A DNA stretch of 64,000 nucleotides from NCBI GenBank assembly GCA_963820525.1, contig CAWGAA010000002.1:576001-640000 (forward strand), given 5' to 3'. The notes under the pieces are model-generated. The model saw only the letters and a list, made by a program, of their open reading frames with translations, did no database searches and was not told the DNA's origin. Shown here in pieces: positions 31,871 to 42,658 of the stretch. The stretch is from an uncultured Spirochaetota bacterium (GTDB lineage: Bacteria > Spirochaetota > Spirochaetia > SZUA-6 > Fen-1364). Within the stretch, counting starts at the first letter, position 1; each line of letters opens with the position of its first letter. The position numbers and the translations under genes are program-made.

Positions 31871-32979
31871 AGCTCGTAGCTAAGGAGTACTCGCCGATCA
31901 CATACCTTACCAAGCGCAAGGTTGAAAAGGATTTCAGGCTGAATGTGTTCAGTCTTCTCATCATTACGGCGGCCCTGGTGGGTGCCATCGCGGCAGGCAT
32001 GGCGCGTGGGGACGCCCTTTCAATGGAGAAGCTCGCCGCGATGGTATTGGGGACGCTCGTGGCCGCCACGTTCATCTTCGCCTTCCCCTTTTGGATCCTG
32101 GTTCTGGGGGTCCTCGTCGCTGCCGGAATCGCCGTGTACAAGGTGATCGGGGACGGCTTTCTCCTTCAGTATGCGATCCTCACCGCGGGGCTGCTTCTCA
32201 TGCCTACCCTGCAGCTGGCCAACCAGTGGGAGAAGGCCGTGATCTTCCGTCTGGGAAAATTCCGCGGTCTGCGCGGACCCGGCCTCTTTCTCATCGTGCC
32301 CCTCATCGACCGCGCTGCCCGCTACATCGATACCCGCATCCGTGCCACGGATTTCCGGGCCGAGACCACCCTGACGCGGGACACCGTGTCGGTGAACGTG
32401 GACGCCATCGCCTTCTGGATGATCTGGGATGCGGAGAAGGCCACCCTCGAGGTGGAGGACTACCTCGATGCGGTAATCCTTTCGGCTCAGGCCGCGCTTC
32501 GCGACGCCATTGGAAAGCATGACCTCGCCAGCCTTCTCTCGGAGCGGGAACGTCTGGGCAAGGAGATCCAGGAGATCCTGGACGCGAAGACCAACCCCTG
32601 GGGGGTGTCCATCCTCTCCATCGGGATAACCGACATCGTCATTTCCAAGGAGCTGGAGGACGCCCTCTCCCAGCAGGCGCAGGCCGAGCGGGAGAAGCAG
32701 TCTCGCCTTATCCTGGGCGAGGCGGAAGTCGAGGTAGCCCAAAAATACGTGGAGGCCTCGAAGCAGTACGCGGACAATCCGACGGCGCTGCAGCTTCGCG
32801 CCATGAGCATGGTGTACGAGTCGATCAGGAAGAACGGCACCGTCGTGCTCCTGCCCTCGGGTGCCGTGCAGGACATGGCCCTGGGCAAGGTCATGGACGA
32901 TGTGACAAAGGGCAAGAAGCCGCTTCAAGACCTGACGGGGCTGGGCGGCAAATCCGCTGCTGCGGGGGGCGGGCAATGA
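31867..32979 (+). CDS. SPFH/band-7 (stomatin/slipin) membrane protein
   Basis: QWEKAVIFRLGK..GPGL, LTRDTV.V.VDA, QAQAEREK, ALQLR. Confidence 0.9.
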   Translation: MKLVAKEYSPITYLTKRKVEKDFRLNVFSLLIITAALVGAIAAGMARGDALSMEKLAAMVLGTLVAATFIFAFPFWILVLGVLVAAGIAVYKVIGDGFLLQYAILTAGLLLMPTLQLANQWEKAVIFRLGKFRGLRGPGLFLIVPLIDRAARYIDTRIRATDFRAETTLTRDTVSVNVDAIAFWMIWDAEKATLEVEDYLDAVILSAQAALRDAIGKHDLASLLSERERLGKEIQEILDAKTNPWGVSILSIGITDIVISKELEDALSQQAQAEREKQSRLILGEAEVEVAQKYVEASKQYADNPTALQLRAMSMVYESIRKNGTVVLLPSGAVQDMALGKVMDDVTKGKKPLQDLTGLGGKSAAAGGGQ

Positions 32980-33653
32980 TCAGAGTCGAGGGAGTGACAA
33001 AGGAATATGACGGCAAGGTCCGCGTCCACGCGCTCAAGGGGATAGACCTCGCCATTGAAAAGGGAGAGTTTCTGTCCCTTGCCGGGCCTTCGGGGTCGGG
33101 CAAGACCACCCTCCTCAACCTCATCGGCTGCCTGGATGTGTGCACCAGCGGGGAGGTCTTCATCGAGGGTGAGCCGGTGTCGAGCAAGAGCAGGAAGGAG
33201 TTGGCGTTTCTTCGAAGGGAGAAGATCGGCTTCATCTTCCAGACCTTCAACCTCATCCCGGTGCTCACCGCGCTGGAGAACGTGGGCTTTACCCTCTCCC
33301 TCCTGGGGATCGAACCCCGCGAAGTGGAGCGCAGGGCGCTGGCCATCCTCAGGGAAGTGGGGCTGGCGGGAATGGAGAGGCGCCGCCCATCCGAGCTTTC
33401 CGGTGGCCAGCAGCAGAGGGTGGCCATCGCCAGGGCTTTGGTGAAGGGGCCGTCCCTTATTCTTGCGGACGAGCCGACCGCCAACCTCGACTCGGCGACG
33501 GGCAGGGAGATCCTGGTCCTCATGGAGGCCTTGAACCGGAGTCATGGCACGACGTTCGTGTTTTCCACGCATGACGCGATGGTCATGAACTTTGCCCGGC
33601 GGCTGGTCCTCCTCCACGACGGCCAGGTCGTGTCGGATAAAAGGAGCGCGTGA
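32976..33653 (+). CDS. ABC transporter ATP-binding protein (LolD-like)
   Basis: GPSGSGKT, LSGGQQQRV, ADEPTANLD. Confidence 0.93.
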   Translation: MIRVEGVTKEYDGKVRVHALKGIDLAIEKGEFLSLAGPSGSGKTTLLNLIGCLDVCTSGEVFIEGEPVSSKSRKELAFLRREKIGFIFQTFNLIPVLTALENVGFTLSLLGIEPREVERRALAILREVGLAGMERRRPSELSGGQQQRVAIARALVKGPSLILADEPTANLDSATGREILVLMEALNRSHGTTFVFSTHDAMVMNFARRLVLLHDGQVVSDKRSA

Positions 33654-34888
33654 TGCGGTTCCTCCTATCGCTGGCATGGAAGAACCTCTCCCGCTACAGG
33701 AGGAGGTCGTTCATCACGGCCATCGCCATCTTGGCGGGGCTCTCCATCTACATCGTGGCGGACAGCATGTTCGCCGGGATAGAGCAGGACTCGGAGCGCA
33801 ACTTCGTCTTCTACGAAGCGGGGGCTGCCCAGGTGATGGACGCGCGGTTTTTCAATGAGATCGACTACCTTCCACTGAAATACGCCATAGTTAACCCTAC
33901 CGCGGTGCGCGAAGCCCTTGCGCCGCTGGGGGTCCGCTCAACGCCGCGCATCCGCTTCATGGGCGAGCTGTTCAACGGCGAAGACTCGCAGGCGGTGCTG
34001 ATGGTCGCCCTGGATCCGGCTACCGACGGCTCCGTGCTCCGCTTGCGGGAATCGGTGACCGAGGGAACGTATCTGGGAGCAGAGGCGTCTCGCATCATGG
34101 TGGGCAGGCTCCTGGCAGAAGACCTGAAAGCCGGGCTGGGAGATACGCTGACGCTCAGGACGCGCACGCGCGATGGGGCGTTCCAGACCGCGGATCTCGA
34201 GCTTTCCGGGATCATAGATTCGCCCAATCCCTACCTCAACAAGGGGGTGGGCTTCATCTCGCTTGCCGCGGCCGACGACCTGCTGCAGATGCAAGGCGCA
34301 GTGACCGAAATACTCGTCTCCGCCGACAACTGGAGGAAGCCGGAGAGGCTGGCCGCTTCAATGACGGGAGCCCTCGAGGGCAAATTCCCCGGGCTGACCG
34401 TCAAGAGCTGGCGTGACCTCGGCCAGGATTTCATCAACCTGGTTCAGATGCACCAGGGGGTTTACGGCCTCCTTCTCTTTCTCGTGTTCATCATCGCGGG
34501 GGTTGGAATTTCCAACACCATGCTCATGGCCGTATACGAGCGCTTCCGGGAGATCGGCATGATGCGCGCCCTCGGCATGAAGGACGGCGCCCTGCGTCTC
34601 GCCTTCCTCCTGGAAGCTGGAGGAATCGGGCTCATCGGGTCCCTGGGGGGAGTGCTGGTGGGGGCCTGCCTCTCATATGTCGTGGTCAGGTGGGGCATCG
34701 ACTACACGACCCTCATCGGCAGGATGGATTTCGGCTACCGCATCACGGGGGTTTTCCGAGGGGCCTGGAATCCGCCCACCATGGTCGCGGCGTTCATCCT
34801 GGGGATCGTCTCCTCGATGGTCGTTTCCCTTATCCCCGCCTCCCGCGCGCTCCGTCGGGAGATAACGGAGTGCCTGAGGCATGTGTAG
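33653..34888 (+). CDS. ABC permease, FtsX/LolC-E family
   Basis: LAWKNL.R..RRS; MAVYER.REIGMMRALG. Confidence 0.9.
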   Translation: MRFLLSLAWKNLSRYRRRSFITAIAILAGLSIYIVADSMFAGIEQDSERNFVFYEAGAAQVMDARFFNEIDYLPLKYAIVNPTAVREALAPLGVRSTPRIRFMGELFNGEDSQAVLMVALDPATDGSVLRLRESVTEGTYLGAEASRIMVGRLLAEDLKAGLGDTLTLRTRTRDGAFQTADLELSGIIDSPNPYLNKGVGFISLAAADDLLQMQGAVTEILVSADNWRKPERLAASMTGALEGKFPGLTVKSWRDLGQDFINLVQMHQGVYGLLLFLVFIIAGVGISNTMLMAVYERFREIGMMRALGMKDGALRLAFLLEAGGIGLIGSLGGVLVGACLSYVVVRWGIDYTTLIGRMDFGYRITGVFRGAWNPPTMVAAFILGIVSSMVVSLIPASRALRREITECLRHV

Positions 34889-34900
34889 CAGGAGAATCCG

Positions 34901-36133
34901 ATGAATATCGTCGCCATAGCTTTCAGAAACGTCGGAAGAAACAAGAGGCGGACCGCCCTTTCCGTGACGGCCATCGCAATCGCCGCCATGGTGATCGTGT
35001 TCATGTTTGCCATCATTGATGGGTTGAAAGTGGACATCCTCAACAACATCTTCCATATGGTCACCGGCCAGGTCAGGGTGCGCAATGCCCGTTTCGACGA
35101 GAACGAGATCAGGAATCCCCTCGACCTGGGGATATCAGATGCCGACGGCGTGCTTCGGCTGCTTGAGGCGCAGCCCTCGATACAAAGCCTCTCTCCCCGG
35201 ATCATGTTTCCGACCGCCCTGTACAGGGAGGGAAAGAACTACAGGGGAATGGGCTTGGGGGTGGACTTCGGACGGGAAGAGGGCTTCCAGGGGCTCTCCC
35301 GCAGCCTTGTCCAGGGAAGCATGCCCTCTTCAGGCGCAAGGGAGACGGCCCTCTCTTCCGGCCTCGCTCGGGACATGGGTGTCGGGGTGGGGGACAAGAT
35401 CACCCTTTACACGAAGAACGCCTCGGGCGGAATGAACGGCATGACTCTCAGGATCACGGGGATCTTCGTGTTCAGCGTGCCCAGCTTCAACAAGAGCCTC
35501 TTCCTCCTTCCCCTGGACACGGCGCAGCGTCTTTTGGGTATGAAGGGCTCCGTGGTGGAGATCCTGGTGCTTCTCCGCGACGGGACGGACGTGGAATCGG
35601 CCGCAGCCTCCATTTCCCGCGCGCTTTTGGAAGCGGACAGGGGCGAGCTCTCCGTGAAGCCGTGGACCACGATCGGCATCTGGTTCACGTATCTCCGCCT
35701 GGCGGACGCCATCTATACGATCTTCGCGCTCGTGTTCGTTCTCCTGGGGACCACGGTGGTGATCAACACCACCATGATGGTGATCTACGAACGGGTGAGG
35801 GAGATCGGCATGATGAGCGCGCTGGGAATGCCGGGGGCTTCGATCGTGGCGTTGTTCTTTCTCGAGTCGCTCTTCATCGGCATCATGGGCGCCCTTGCGG
35901 GCACGATCGCGGGAATAGCGATCACCCTGCCTCTGGCCTCCACTGGGATCGACATGTCCCAGACCATGAGGGGCGTGGATTTCCAGATGTCCGCGATCTT
36001 CAAGCCCGTACTCAACCTGAAATCCACGTCGCTCGCGTTTCTCTACGCCGCGGCTGTCTCTTCGTTCGTATCGATATTTCCGTCCCGCAGGGCATCCCGG
36101 GTGGAGCCGGTGAAGGCGCTGCGGGCCTTGTAG
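34901..36133 (+). CDS. ABC permease, FtsX/LolC-E family
   Basis: IAFRNVGRNKRRT; IYERVREIGMMSALG; PVKALR. Confidence 0.9.
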   Translation: MNIVAIAFRNVGRNKRRTALSVTAIAIAAMVIVFMFAIIDGLKVDILNNIFHMVTGQVRVRNARFDENEIRNPLDLGISDADGVLRLLEAQPSIQSLSPRIMFPTALYREGKNYRGMGLGVDFGREEGFQGLSRSLVQGSMPSSGARETALSSGLARDMGVGVGDKITLYTKNASGGMNGMTLRITGIFVFSVPSFNKSLFLLPLDTAQRLLGMKGSVVEILVLLRDGTDVESAAASISRALLEADRGELSVKPWTTIGIWFTYLRLADAIYTIFALVFVLLGTTVVINTTMMVIYERVREIGMMSALGMPGASIVALFFLESLFIGIMGALAGTIAGIAITLPLASTGIDMSQTMRGVDFQMSAIFKPVLNLKSTSLAFLYAAAVSSFVSIFPSRRASRVEPVKALRAL

Positions 36134-36149
36134 ACTCGGGAGGCCTTTC

Positions 36150-36878
36150 ATGAAGAACGCTGCTATGACGATTTTCTTCGTCCTGGCGCTCCGCGCCTGG
36201 GGAATCGATCCGGCTGAGATTGTCAGGCGGATGGAGGAGAACCAGGTCCAGAAGACCGCGCAGTTCGAGGGGAGCTTCACGATCGCGGACCGCTTCGGCT
36301 CGCGTGTAAAAACCTTCAAGGCCTTCTCCATAGGAGAAGATAGGATGCTCATCGAGTTCACGAATCCCGAGGAAGCGGGTCAGAAGATCCTGCGGGTGGC
36401 GGACGACATCTATCTCTATTTCCCCGAGGCCGAGGAGGTGATCCGTCTCCAGGGAAGCGCGCTCAAGGATTCCGTGATGGGGTCCGACTTCTCCTACGAG
36501 GACTTCACGGGAGAGAGGGGCCTGCTGAACCTGTATGCCGTGGAGCTGGAAAAAAGCGAAAGCCTCGACGGCCGCGACTGTTTCGTGCTGAAGCTCACGG
36601 GAAAGAAAAAGAGCATCGCCTATCCCCTCCAGCGCATGTGGGTGGACGCCGAGCTGTTCGTGGTCCGCAAGGCCTCCTATTTCTCCCTTTCGGCAAAGCC
36701 GATGAAGGAAATGTCGGTGCAGGAGGTCCGCGCAGTTTCGGGGAAGAACGTGCCCACCAGGTTCGAAATGCGCGATCTCCTGAAGAAGGACTCGAGCACC
36801 ATCTTCAAGATCAAGAAGATCCTTATCGACGTCCCTCTTGATCCGAAGATTTTCACTCGGGAAGAGCTGTCATGGTGA
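36150..36878 (+). CDS. Outer-membrane lipoprotein-sorting (LolA-like) protein
   Basis: Signal peptide; MGSDFSYED motif; operon context. Confidence 0.82.
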   Translation: MKNAAMTIFFVLALRAWGIDPAEIVRRMEENQVQKTAQFEGSFTIADRFGSRVKTFKAFSIGEDRMLIEFTNPEEAGQKILRVADDIYLYFPEAEEVIRLQGSALKDSVMGSDFSYEDFTGERGLLNLYAVELEKSESLDGRDCFVLKLTGKKKSIAYPLQRMWVDAELFVVRKASYFSLSAKPMKEMSVQEVRAVSGKNVPTRFEMRDLLKKDSSTIFKIKKILIDVPLDPKIFTREELSW

Positions 36879-37993
36879 GAAAAGGCATTCTGCTTGCGGC
36901 CGTTGTCCTGCTTCTCTACGCCTCCGGCGCTCCCGCAGAGCTTCGCACAATGGGGCAGATTACGATCCTCACTGCCGCAATGAGAATGACGGACCTCTTC
37001 CAGCTCACAAACTCGGGGGAAGCAAGGATAACCTTTCAGGCCGAGGAATCCCGCGAAGTGAAGGGGCTGGTCGAGCTCGATGCCCTGGTAACCCCCGGAA
37101 CCGTTCCCGAAGCCGTTTTCGACGTGCCCCGGGCGTACCTGAAGATCAGGTTTCCCAGCTTCCGCCTGACCGCCGGAAAAACCCGCCTCTCATGGGGCAG
37201 CGGGTTCATCTTCGACGCCGGGGACGTCATATTCGGCGGGATGTCGGCAATCCTCGACCTGACGCAGGTGGACCCCCGGGACAGGACCGCGTGGCTCGCC
37301 TCCGCGTACGTTCCCCTGGGAGATTTCTCGTTTCTGGAAGGGGCCGTTTTGCCGCACATGCCTCTTCCTCCCGGCGTTCCAGCGACTGCCGGTTCTCCTT
37401 TCGTTCCATTCGAATCGCTCGTCGGCGGGGCCAGGGCCGTGCTGGGGCTCTCAGGTTTCTCCGCCGAGGCCGGCTATCTCTATGACGGCGACGATAGCCT
37501 TCACAAGCCCTTCGTCAGCGTCCAGGGGAGCTTGTTCTTCGATTTGTATGCGGCGGCGGGGATCTCGATCCCGCAGGCCGCATCTTCGTGGGACGATGTG
37601 AAGGACAGTCTCACGATATCCTTCGGTGCAAGCCGCATATTCGGCCTCGAAGCCGGTGAAAACCTCAGTTTCCGGGCCGAAGCCGGGTTCATTCCTTATG
37701 GGCAGTGGAAGGACTCCGGAAGCGGCCTGCCGCCGGGAAGCCCCGGATATGGAGCCTTGGTTTTTCTGGAATCGGTGTACAGCCCCAGCGACGCCTTCGC
37801 GGTCCAGGCCAGGGGTATCCTTTCGCCGGTTGACGCCTCCGGCGTAGCCCTTCTCACGGTTTCCTGGAACATCTATCAAGGCCTTCGGATCTCAGCCACG
37901 GGCTCCCTGATGTTCGGCCATGAAGCCGACCTCTTCGGCTGGGGCAGGGACGGAGACGTGGCGCTCCTGGCGGGTCTGGAATACAGGTTCTAA
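36872..37993 (+). CDS. Putative outer-membrane beta-barrel protein
   Basis: Signal peptide; GK.RLSWG; C-terminal LEYRF. Confidence 0.65.
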   Translation: MVRKGILLAAVVLLLYASGAPAELRTMGQITILTAAMRMTDLFQLTNSGEARITFQAEESREVKGLVELDALVTPGTVPEAVFDVPRAYLKIRFPSFRLTAGKTRLSWGSGFIFDAGDVIFGGMSAILDLTQVDPRDRTAWLASAYVPLGDFSFLEGAVLPHMPLPPGVPATAGSPFVPFESLVGGARAVLGLSGFSAEAGYLYDGDDSLHKPFVSVQGSLFFDLYAAAGISIPQAASSWDDVKDSLTISFGASRIFGLEAGENLSFRAEAGFIPYGQWKDSGSGLPPGSPGYGALVFLESVYSPSDAFAVQARGILSPVDASGVALLTVSWNIYQGLRISATGSLMFGHEADLFGWGRDGDVALLAGLEYRF

Positions 37994-38067
37994 AGCCGCT
38001 GTCGCCTTCAGCGCGGGTATCGGGTATACTCCCGGCGGAACTTAAGCCGTCTTACGGGAGGATACCG

Positions 38068-40440
38068 ATGGCAGGTCTGCGGGATACCCTGCGCTCGATC
38101 AGGTTCGCCGGGCTGGGCAACTCGTTTCGCGCAATCCGTTACGCGAGGCTCAGGGATTCGCTGAACGCGAAGCATGCGCGGTCCGAATCCGACCAGGCGC
38201 CACGTCTGCCCGGCAAACTCCGTGCGGCACAGGCGTTTTCCTCCGGGGCCCTCTTCACCTTCGATGCGGTGCAGCTTTCCGCGCGATTTCTCACCGATGA
38301 CTTCGTTTTCCTGGCGTGGGACGGGGCCGGCATGAGCCCTTCCTGGGCGGTGGCCCGGGAAGAGTGGCCGGGGTGCGACATCGCGCTCGAGAAGCACGGC
38401 GACGGGTGGAGCCTGCGCGGCGGTGGGCTCGGGCTTCAGGTCTCGGCGTCCGGCGCCTTGAAGGTCATGGACAAAGACGGCAGGCTCCTTCGCGAGGAAG
38501 GGCCCATGGAGCGGCGCGGCAGCGGATGGTCGCAGAGGGCGCAGCTTTCACCCGAGGCATGCGTGTACGGCCTGGGAGGCAGGTTTTCGCCGCTGAACCG
38601 GCGCCGGGCCATGGAGCGCGACGGAGGTCCCGAATCTTTTCGGTTCTGGAATACCGACCCCGGCGGCACCTTCGGCCCCGGCGACGATCCTCTCTACATC
38701 TGCATGCCGGTGTACCTCTGCCTCCACGACGCCGGATGCTATCTCGCTTTCCACGACAACACCTTTGACGGCTCGCTCTCCCTCGGCTCAGAGCTGGAAG
38801 TGCGCTTCGTGGACGGCCCCTGCCGCACGTACATTGCTGCGGGAACCCCCGCGGCAGCGCTTGAGCGTTTCACATCGCTCACCGGCCGTCCGCCGCTTCC
38901 CCCGCTGTGGGCTTTCGGGTTCCACCAGTCCCGGTGGGGCTACCGCACTGAAGCCGAGCTTCGCCGCGTTTTTGCCGGCTTCAAGGCCAACGATCTCCCC
39001 CTGAGCGGTCTGCACCTCGACATCGACCATCTCGATGGTTTTCGCACCCTGACCATCGACAGGAAAACCCACCCAGATCTGCCAGGCTTCTCCAGGGAGC
39101 TTGCCGCAGCCGGAGCGCACCTGGTTGTCATCACGGATCCGGGGATCAAGCGGGACCCCGGATTTTCATTGTACGATGAAGGCCTCTCCCGGAAGGTGTT
39201 CTGCGCCTTGCCGGACGGAAAGATTCTTTCCGCTGTCGTGTGGGCGGGCTGGAGCGTGTTCCCCGACTTCACAAACCCGAAAGCCCGCGCCTGGTGGGGC
39301 ACTCAATACAAGGCCCAGATCTCCAAAGGAATCGACGGCTTCTGGCACGACATGAACGAGCCAGCGGCATGGGCTTCCGCTGGTGAATCAACCTTGCCGC
39401 TCGGCGTTCGCCACGACATGGAGGGACGCGGCGGGGATCATCGCGAAGCCCACAACATCTACGGCTTGATGATGAACCGCGCCGGTTACGAGGGGCTTCG
39501 CGGCTTGCGGCCGGATCGTCGCCCCTTCATAGTCACGCGGGCGGGGTGGGCGGGCATGCAGAGGTGGTCATGGACGTGGATGGGCGACATGGAGACCTCG
39601 TGGGCCGCGCTTCGAAGGACGGTGGCGGGCGTTCTGGGGCTCGGGCTTTCCGGCATGCCGTACACGGGCCCGGACATCGGGGGCTTCAACGGCATCCCGT
39701 CGGCCGAGCTTTCCACGCGCTGGTTTCAGCTCGCATCGTTTCTGCCCTTTTTCCGCACCCACTCCGCCATCGGTCTTCCTCCGCGCGAGCCGTGGATCTT
39801 CGGGCCCGAAACCCTCGCCATCCTTCGCAAGAGCCTCAAGCGCCGCTACAGGATGCTGCCCTACTGGTATTCGCTTGCGTACCAGGCAACACGTGACGGC
39901 TTGCCGCTTGTCCGCCCGCTTTTCTGGAACGAGCCGCAGAGAAGCGAGCTTCGGGAAGTCGACGATGAGTTCCTCCTGGGGGATGGCCTTCTGGTAGCAC
40001 CCATTCTGGATGAAGGGGCGGGCAGGCGGGCTGTTGTCCTGCCCCCGGGCCTCTGGTACGAGCTTGAGGGCCAACGTCGCTTCGAGGGTCCGGGCAGCGT
40101 CGAGATCGATGCGCCCATAGGAGAAATCCCCGTGCTCGCGCGCGCAGGAGCGATAATCCCCATGCGCGATGAGGCGGGCGGCCTTGTGCTGCACGCCTTT
40201 GCAGGTCAGGGGAGCACGGCCGAGGGCAGGCTCTTCAGCGACGCAGGAGACGGCTATGGACCCTACCGCCTGGACTCTTTCAGCCTGACGCCTGCCGGCG
40301 CCGGAGAGCTTTCGCTCGCCTGGTCCTCGGAAGGCTCGTTCCCCTGGCCCCATCCATCGATCAAGGTGCGCCTGCGCGGGTTCGCGGAGGCACGAGTGAC
40401 GGGAGGGGGGCCCGCGGGGAGCAGCTTGAGCGTTTCTTGA
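38068..40440 (+). CDS. Glycoside hydrolase family 31 (alpha-glucosidase-like)
   Basis: HQSRWGY, LDID, DGFWHDMNEP, GPDIGGF, PFFRTH. Confidence 0.92.
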   Translation: MAGLRDTLRSIRFAGLGNSFRAIRYARLRDSLNAKHARSESDQAPRLPGKLRAAQAFSSGALFTFDAVQLSARFLTDDFVFLAWDGAGMSPSWAVAREEWPGCDIALEKHGDGWSLRGGGLGLQVSASGALKVMDKDGRLLREEGPMERRGSGWSQRAQLSPEACVYGLGGRFSPLNRRRAMERDGGPESFRFWNTDPGGTFGPGDDPLYICMPVYLCLHDAGCYLAFHDNTFDGSLSLGSELEVRFVDGPCRTYIAAGTPAAALERFTSLTGRPPLPPLWAFGFHQSRWGYRTEAELRRVFAGFKANDLPLSGLHLDIDHLDGFRTLTIDRKTHPDLPGFSRELAAAGAHLVVITDPGIKRDPGFSLYDEGLSRKVFCALPDGKILSAVVWAGWSVFPDFTNPKARAWWGTQYKAQISKGIDGFWHDMNEPAAWASAGESTLPLGVRHDMEGRGGDHREAHNIYGLMMNRAGYEGLRGLRPDRRPFIVTRAGWAGMQRWSWTWMGDMETSWAALRRTVAGVLGLGLSGMPYTGPDIGGFNGIPSAELSTRWFQLASFLPFFRTHSAIGLPPREPWIFGPETLAILRKSLKRRYRMLPYWYSLAYQATRDGLPLVRPLFWNEPQRSELREVDDEFLLGDGLLVAPILDEGAGRRAVVLPPGLWYELEGQRRFEGPGSVEIDAPIGEIPVLARAGAIIPMRDEAGGLVLHAFAGQGSTAEGRLFSDAGDGYGPYRLDSFSLTPAGAGELSLAWSSEGSFPWPHPSIKVRLRGFAEARVTGGGPAGSSLSVS

Positions 40441-40489
40441 CGGCGCGCCCGCCGTGTGGGAGAATCGGGGTGGACTGCCGGAGGTGCGC

Positions 40490-41779
40490 ATGAAAACGTC
40501 ACGCTACCGTTGGTTCGTCCTTTCCACCCTCTTTCTTTTCGTTTTGCTCCATCAGGCGGACAAGCTTCTGATCGGGCCGCTGACTACCCCGATCATGGAG
40601 GCTTTCGGCATCGATGAAGCCCGGATGGGCCTCGTGTTCTCGGGAGCGGTCATCGTCGGAGCAATCTTCTACCCGATCTGGGGATACCTCTACGACCGCT
40701 TCATCCGGGCCAGGCTCCTGGCCCTCGCCGCGTTCATCTGGGGGGCCACCACGTGGATCAGCGCAGTTGTCAGAACATACACGGGCTTTCTCTTCAGCCG
40801 CGCATCCACCGGCATCGACGATTCCAGCTACCCCGGCCTCTATAACCTGATGGCCGATTACTTCGGTCCGAAGGTGCGGGGAAAAATCAATGGCCTTCTC
40901 CAGATAGCGCAGCCCCTCGGCTACCTGCTGGGAATGGTGCTGGCGCTTCTCCTGGGAAAAGTTCTGGGCTGGCGGATGGTGTTCATCATAACCGGGTCGC
41001 TGGGCATCGTGCTGGCGTTCGTGATCTTTTTCACGGTCAAGGAGCCGGTGCGAGGCGCGAGTGAGCCGGAGCTGAAGGGCATCGAGCAGAAAACAGCACA
41101 CAAGTTCAGCTGGAAGGCGGCCTTCGGCCTGTTCAAGAAGCGCAGCCTGCTTTTCGTCTTCGCCAACGGTTTTGCGGGGGTGTTTCCCTGGCAGGTGATC
41201 CAGTTCTGGATTTTTCGCTACCTCCAGAAGGAACGGGGATACAACGAGACCGAGGTCCTTCTCACCATGGTGAGCGCGATAATCGTTCTGGCGCTGGGAT
41301 ATCCCCTCGGAGGCGCCATCGGCGACGCTCTGTTCAAGAGGACGCCGCGGGGAAGGATCATCGCGAGCTTCTCCGGCGTCATTCTGGGAGCGGTCTTTCT
41401 CTTCATCGCGCTTCAGATCCCCGTGGGGGACAAGCTCACCTTCGGCATCGTGCTCGGGCTCACGGCTCTCTTCATGCCCTTTGCCGCCCCGAACGTCCTT
41501 TCCACGGTCTACGACGTCACCGTTCCCGAGGTGCGAAGCACGGCGAACGCCGTCTTGAACTTCTTCGAGCAGATCGGCTCTTCCATCGCTCCCGCCCTTG
41601 CCGGCTATATCGCGGTCAAGGTTTCCCTGGGAAGCGCGATCCTTTCCATCAGCGTGAGCGCATGGCTTGTCTGTTTCGTGATCCTGGTGATCACGTCGCT
41701 GCTCGTGCCCAAGGACATCGCGGCGCTCCGCGCCGAGCTCCGCCAGAGGGCGGCCGCGGAGACGGGCAACGGCGGCTAA
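40490..41779 (+). CDS. MFS transporter
   Basis: About 12 TM helices; WGYLYDRF..R motif A; GGAGG RBS. Confidence 0.9.
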   Translation: MKTSRYRWFVLSTLFLFVLLHQADKLLIGPLTTPIMEAFGIDEARMGLVFSGAVIVGAIFYPIWGYLYDRFIRARLLALAAFIWGATTWISAVVRTYTGFLFSRASTGIDDSSYPGLYNLMADYFGPKVRGKINGLLQIAQPLGYLLGMVLALLLGKVLGWRMVFIITGSLGIVLAFVIFFTVKEPVRGASEPELKGIEQKTAHKFSWKAAFGLFKKRSLLFVFANGFAGVFPWQVIQFWIFRYLQKERGYNETEVLLTMVSAIIVLALGYPLGGAIGDALFKRTPRGRIIASFSGVILGAVFLFIALQIPVGDKLTFGIVLGLTALFMPFAAPNVLSTVYDVTVPEVRSTANAVLNFFEQIGSSIAPALAGYIAVKVSLGSAILSISVSAWLVCFVILVITSLLVPKDIAALRAELRQRAAAETGNGG

Positions 41780-41791
41780 GCCCGGAGGTTC

Positions 41792-42658
41792 TCAGCTTTC
41801 CCAGCTTACGATGTACTCCATGAGATCGTCCTCGTTTTTCACTGCGGGCCGACGAACCGTCCAGGCGCCTTCCAGGCCAAGCTCCCGGGCTGAAAGCTCG
41901 AAGTGGCACATTGCGATGCCCATGTCGAGGCGTTGGATGTCGGCTATGTCGAGCACCTTGGTGGCCAGCCGTTCCCGGTACCCCGGGGTGCGCTTGAGAA
42001 AGAAATGCCAGGAGCTGCCGTCGCACGTTATCCGCCAGGGCTGCTTGTTGGAAGCCGAGGGGCCGAGCCTGACCATCTCGAGGGGCACCGCATACGTGCC
42101 GGCTTTCTCGGGAGTCAGCGGCCGGCCTGATCCGTCGTCGAAGAAGAGCGTGTCCCAGGGAAGCCGGGATGCGGCGCCGATCCCCCGGCGGATAAGGGCA
42201 TTGCGGGAGGCGTCGGGGTTCTCGATGATGCCCACACACGCCACGGCGGGCACCTGTTCCTTGGTTGTCGCGAGGATGCGCGCGGCGAAGCTGCTGCGCG
42301 TGAAAAACCCTCCCAGCCAGCAGGAGCCCAATCCAGCCTCCGTGGCCAGGAGGATGAGCCGCTCCATCACGTAGCCGAAGTCCTCCAGGTCTTTCTCGGC
42401 GGGCCCCACGGCTCCGACGAAGAAACCGCTCTCCCCGCGGATGATGCCGTATGTTCCAAGACCCTTCAGGGCGCTCTTGTCAAGCTCTGTGGCGGCGATC
42501 AGGCGGAAGCGGAGGGCTGCGCCCAGGGGGCCGGAGCTCCAGGAGGCCGCCGCTTCATCGAGGCGGCGTCGGTCTTCGGCGGGGAGGAGCGCGTTCGCGT
42601 ATGTCCTGCACGAAAAGCGCCGTCTGATGATCTCCGTGATCGACGGCGCCTCAGGCAT
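41792..42658 (-). CDS. Nitroreductase family protein
   Basis: RRFSCRTY, GLGSCWLG, GPSASNKQPW, DMGIAMCHF. Confidence 0.9.
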   Translation of the reverse strand: MPEAPSITEIIRRRFSCRTYANALLPAEDRRRLDEAAASWSSGPLGAALRFRLIAATELDKSALKGLGTYGIIRGESGFFVGAVGPAEKDLEDFGYVMERLILLATEAGLGSCWLGGFFTRSSFAARILATTKEQVPAVACVGIIENPDASRNALIRRGIGAASRLPWDTLFFDDGSGRPLTPEKAGTYAVPLEMVRLGPSASNKQPWRITCDGSSWHFFLKRTPGYRERLATKVLDIADIQRLDMGIAMCHFELSARELGLEGAWTVRRPAVKNEDDLMEYIVSWES

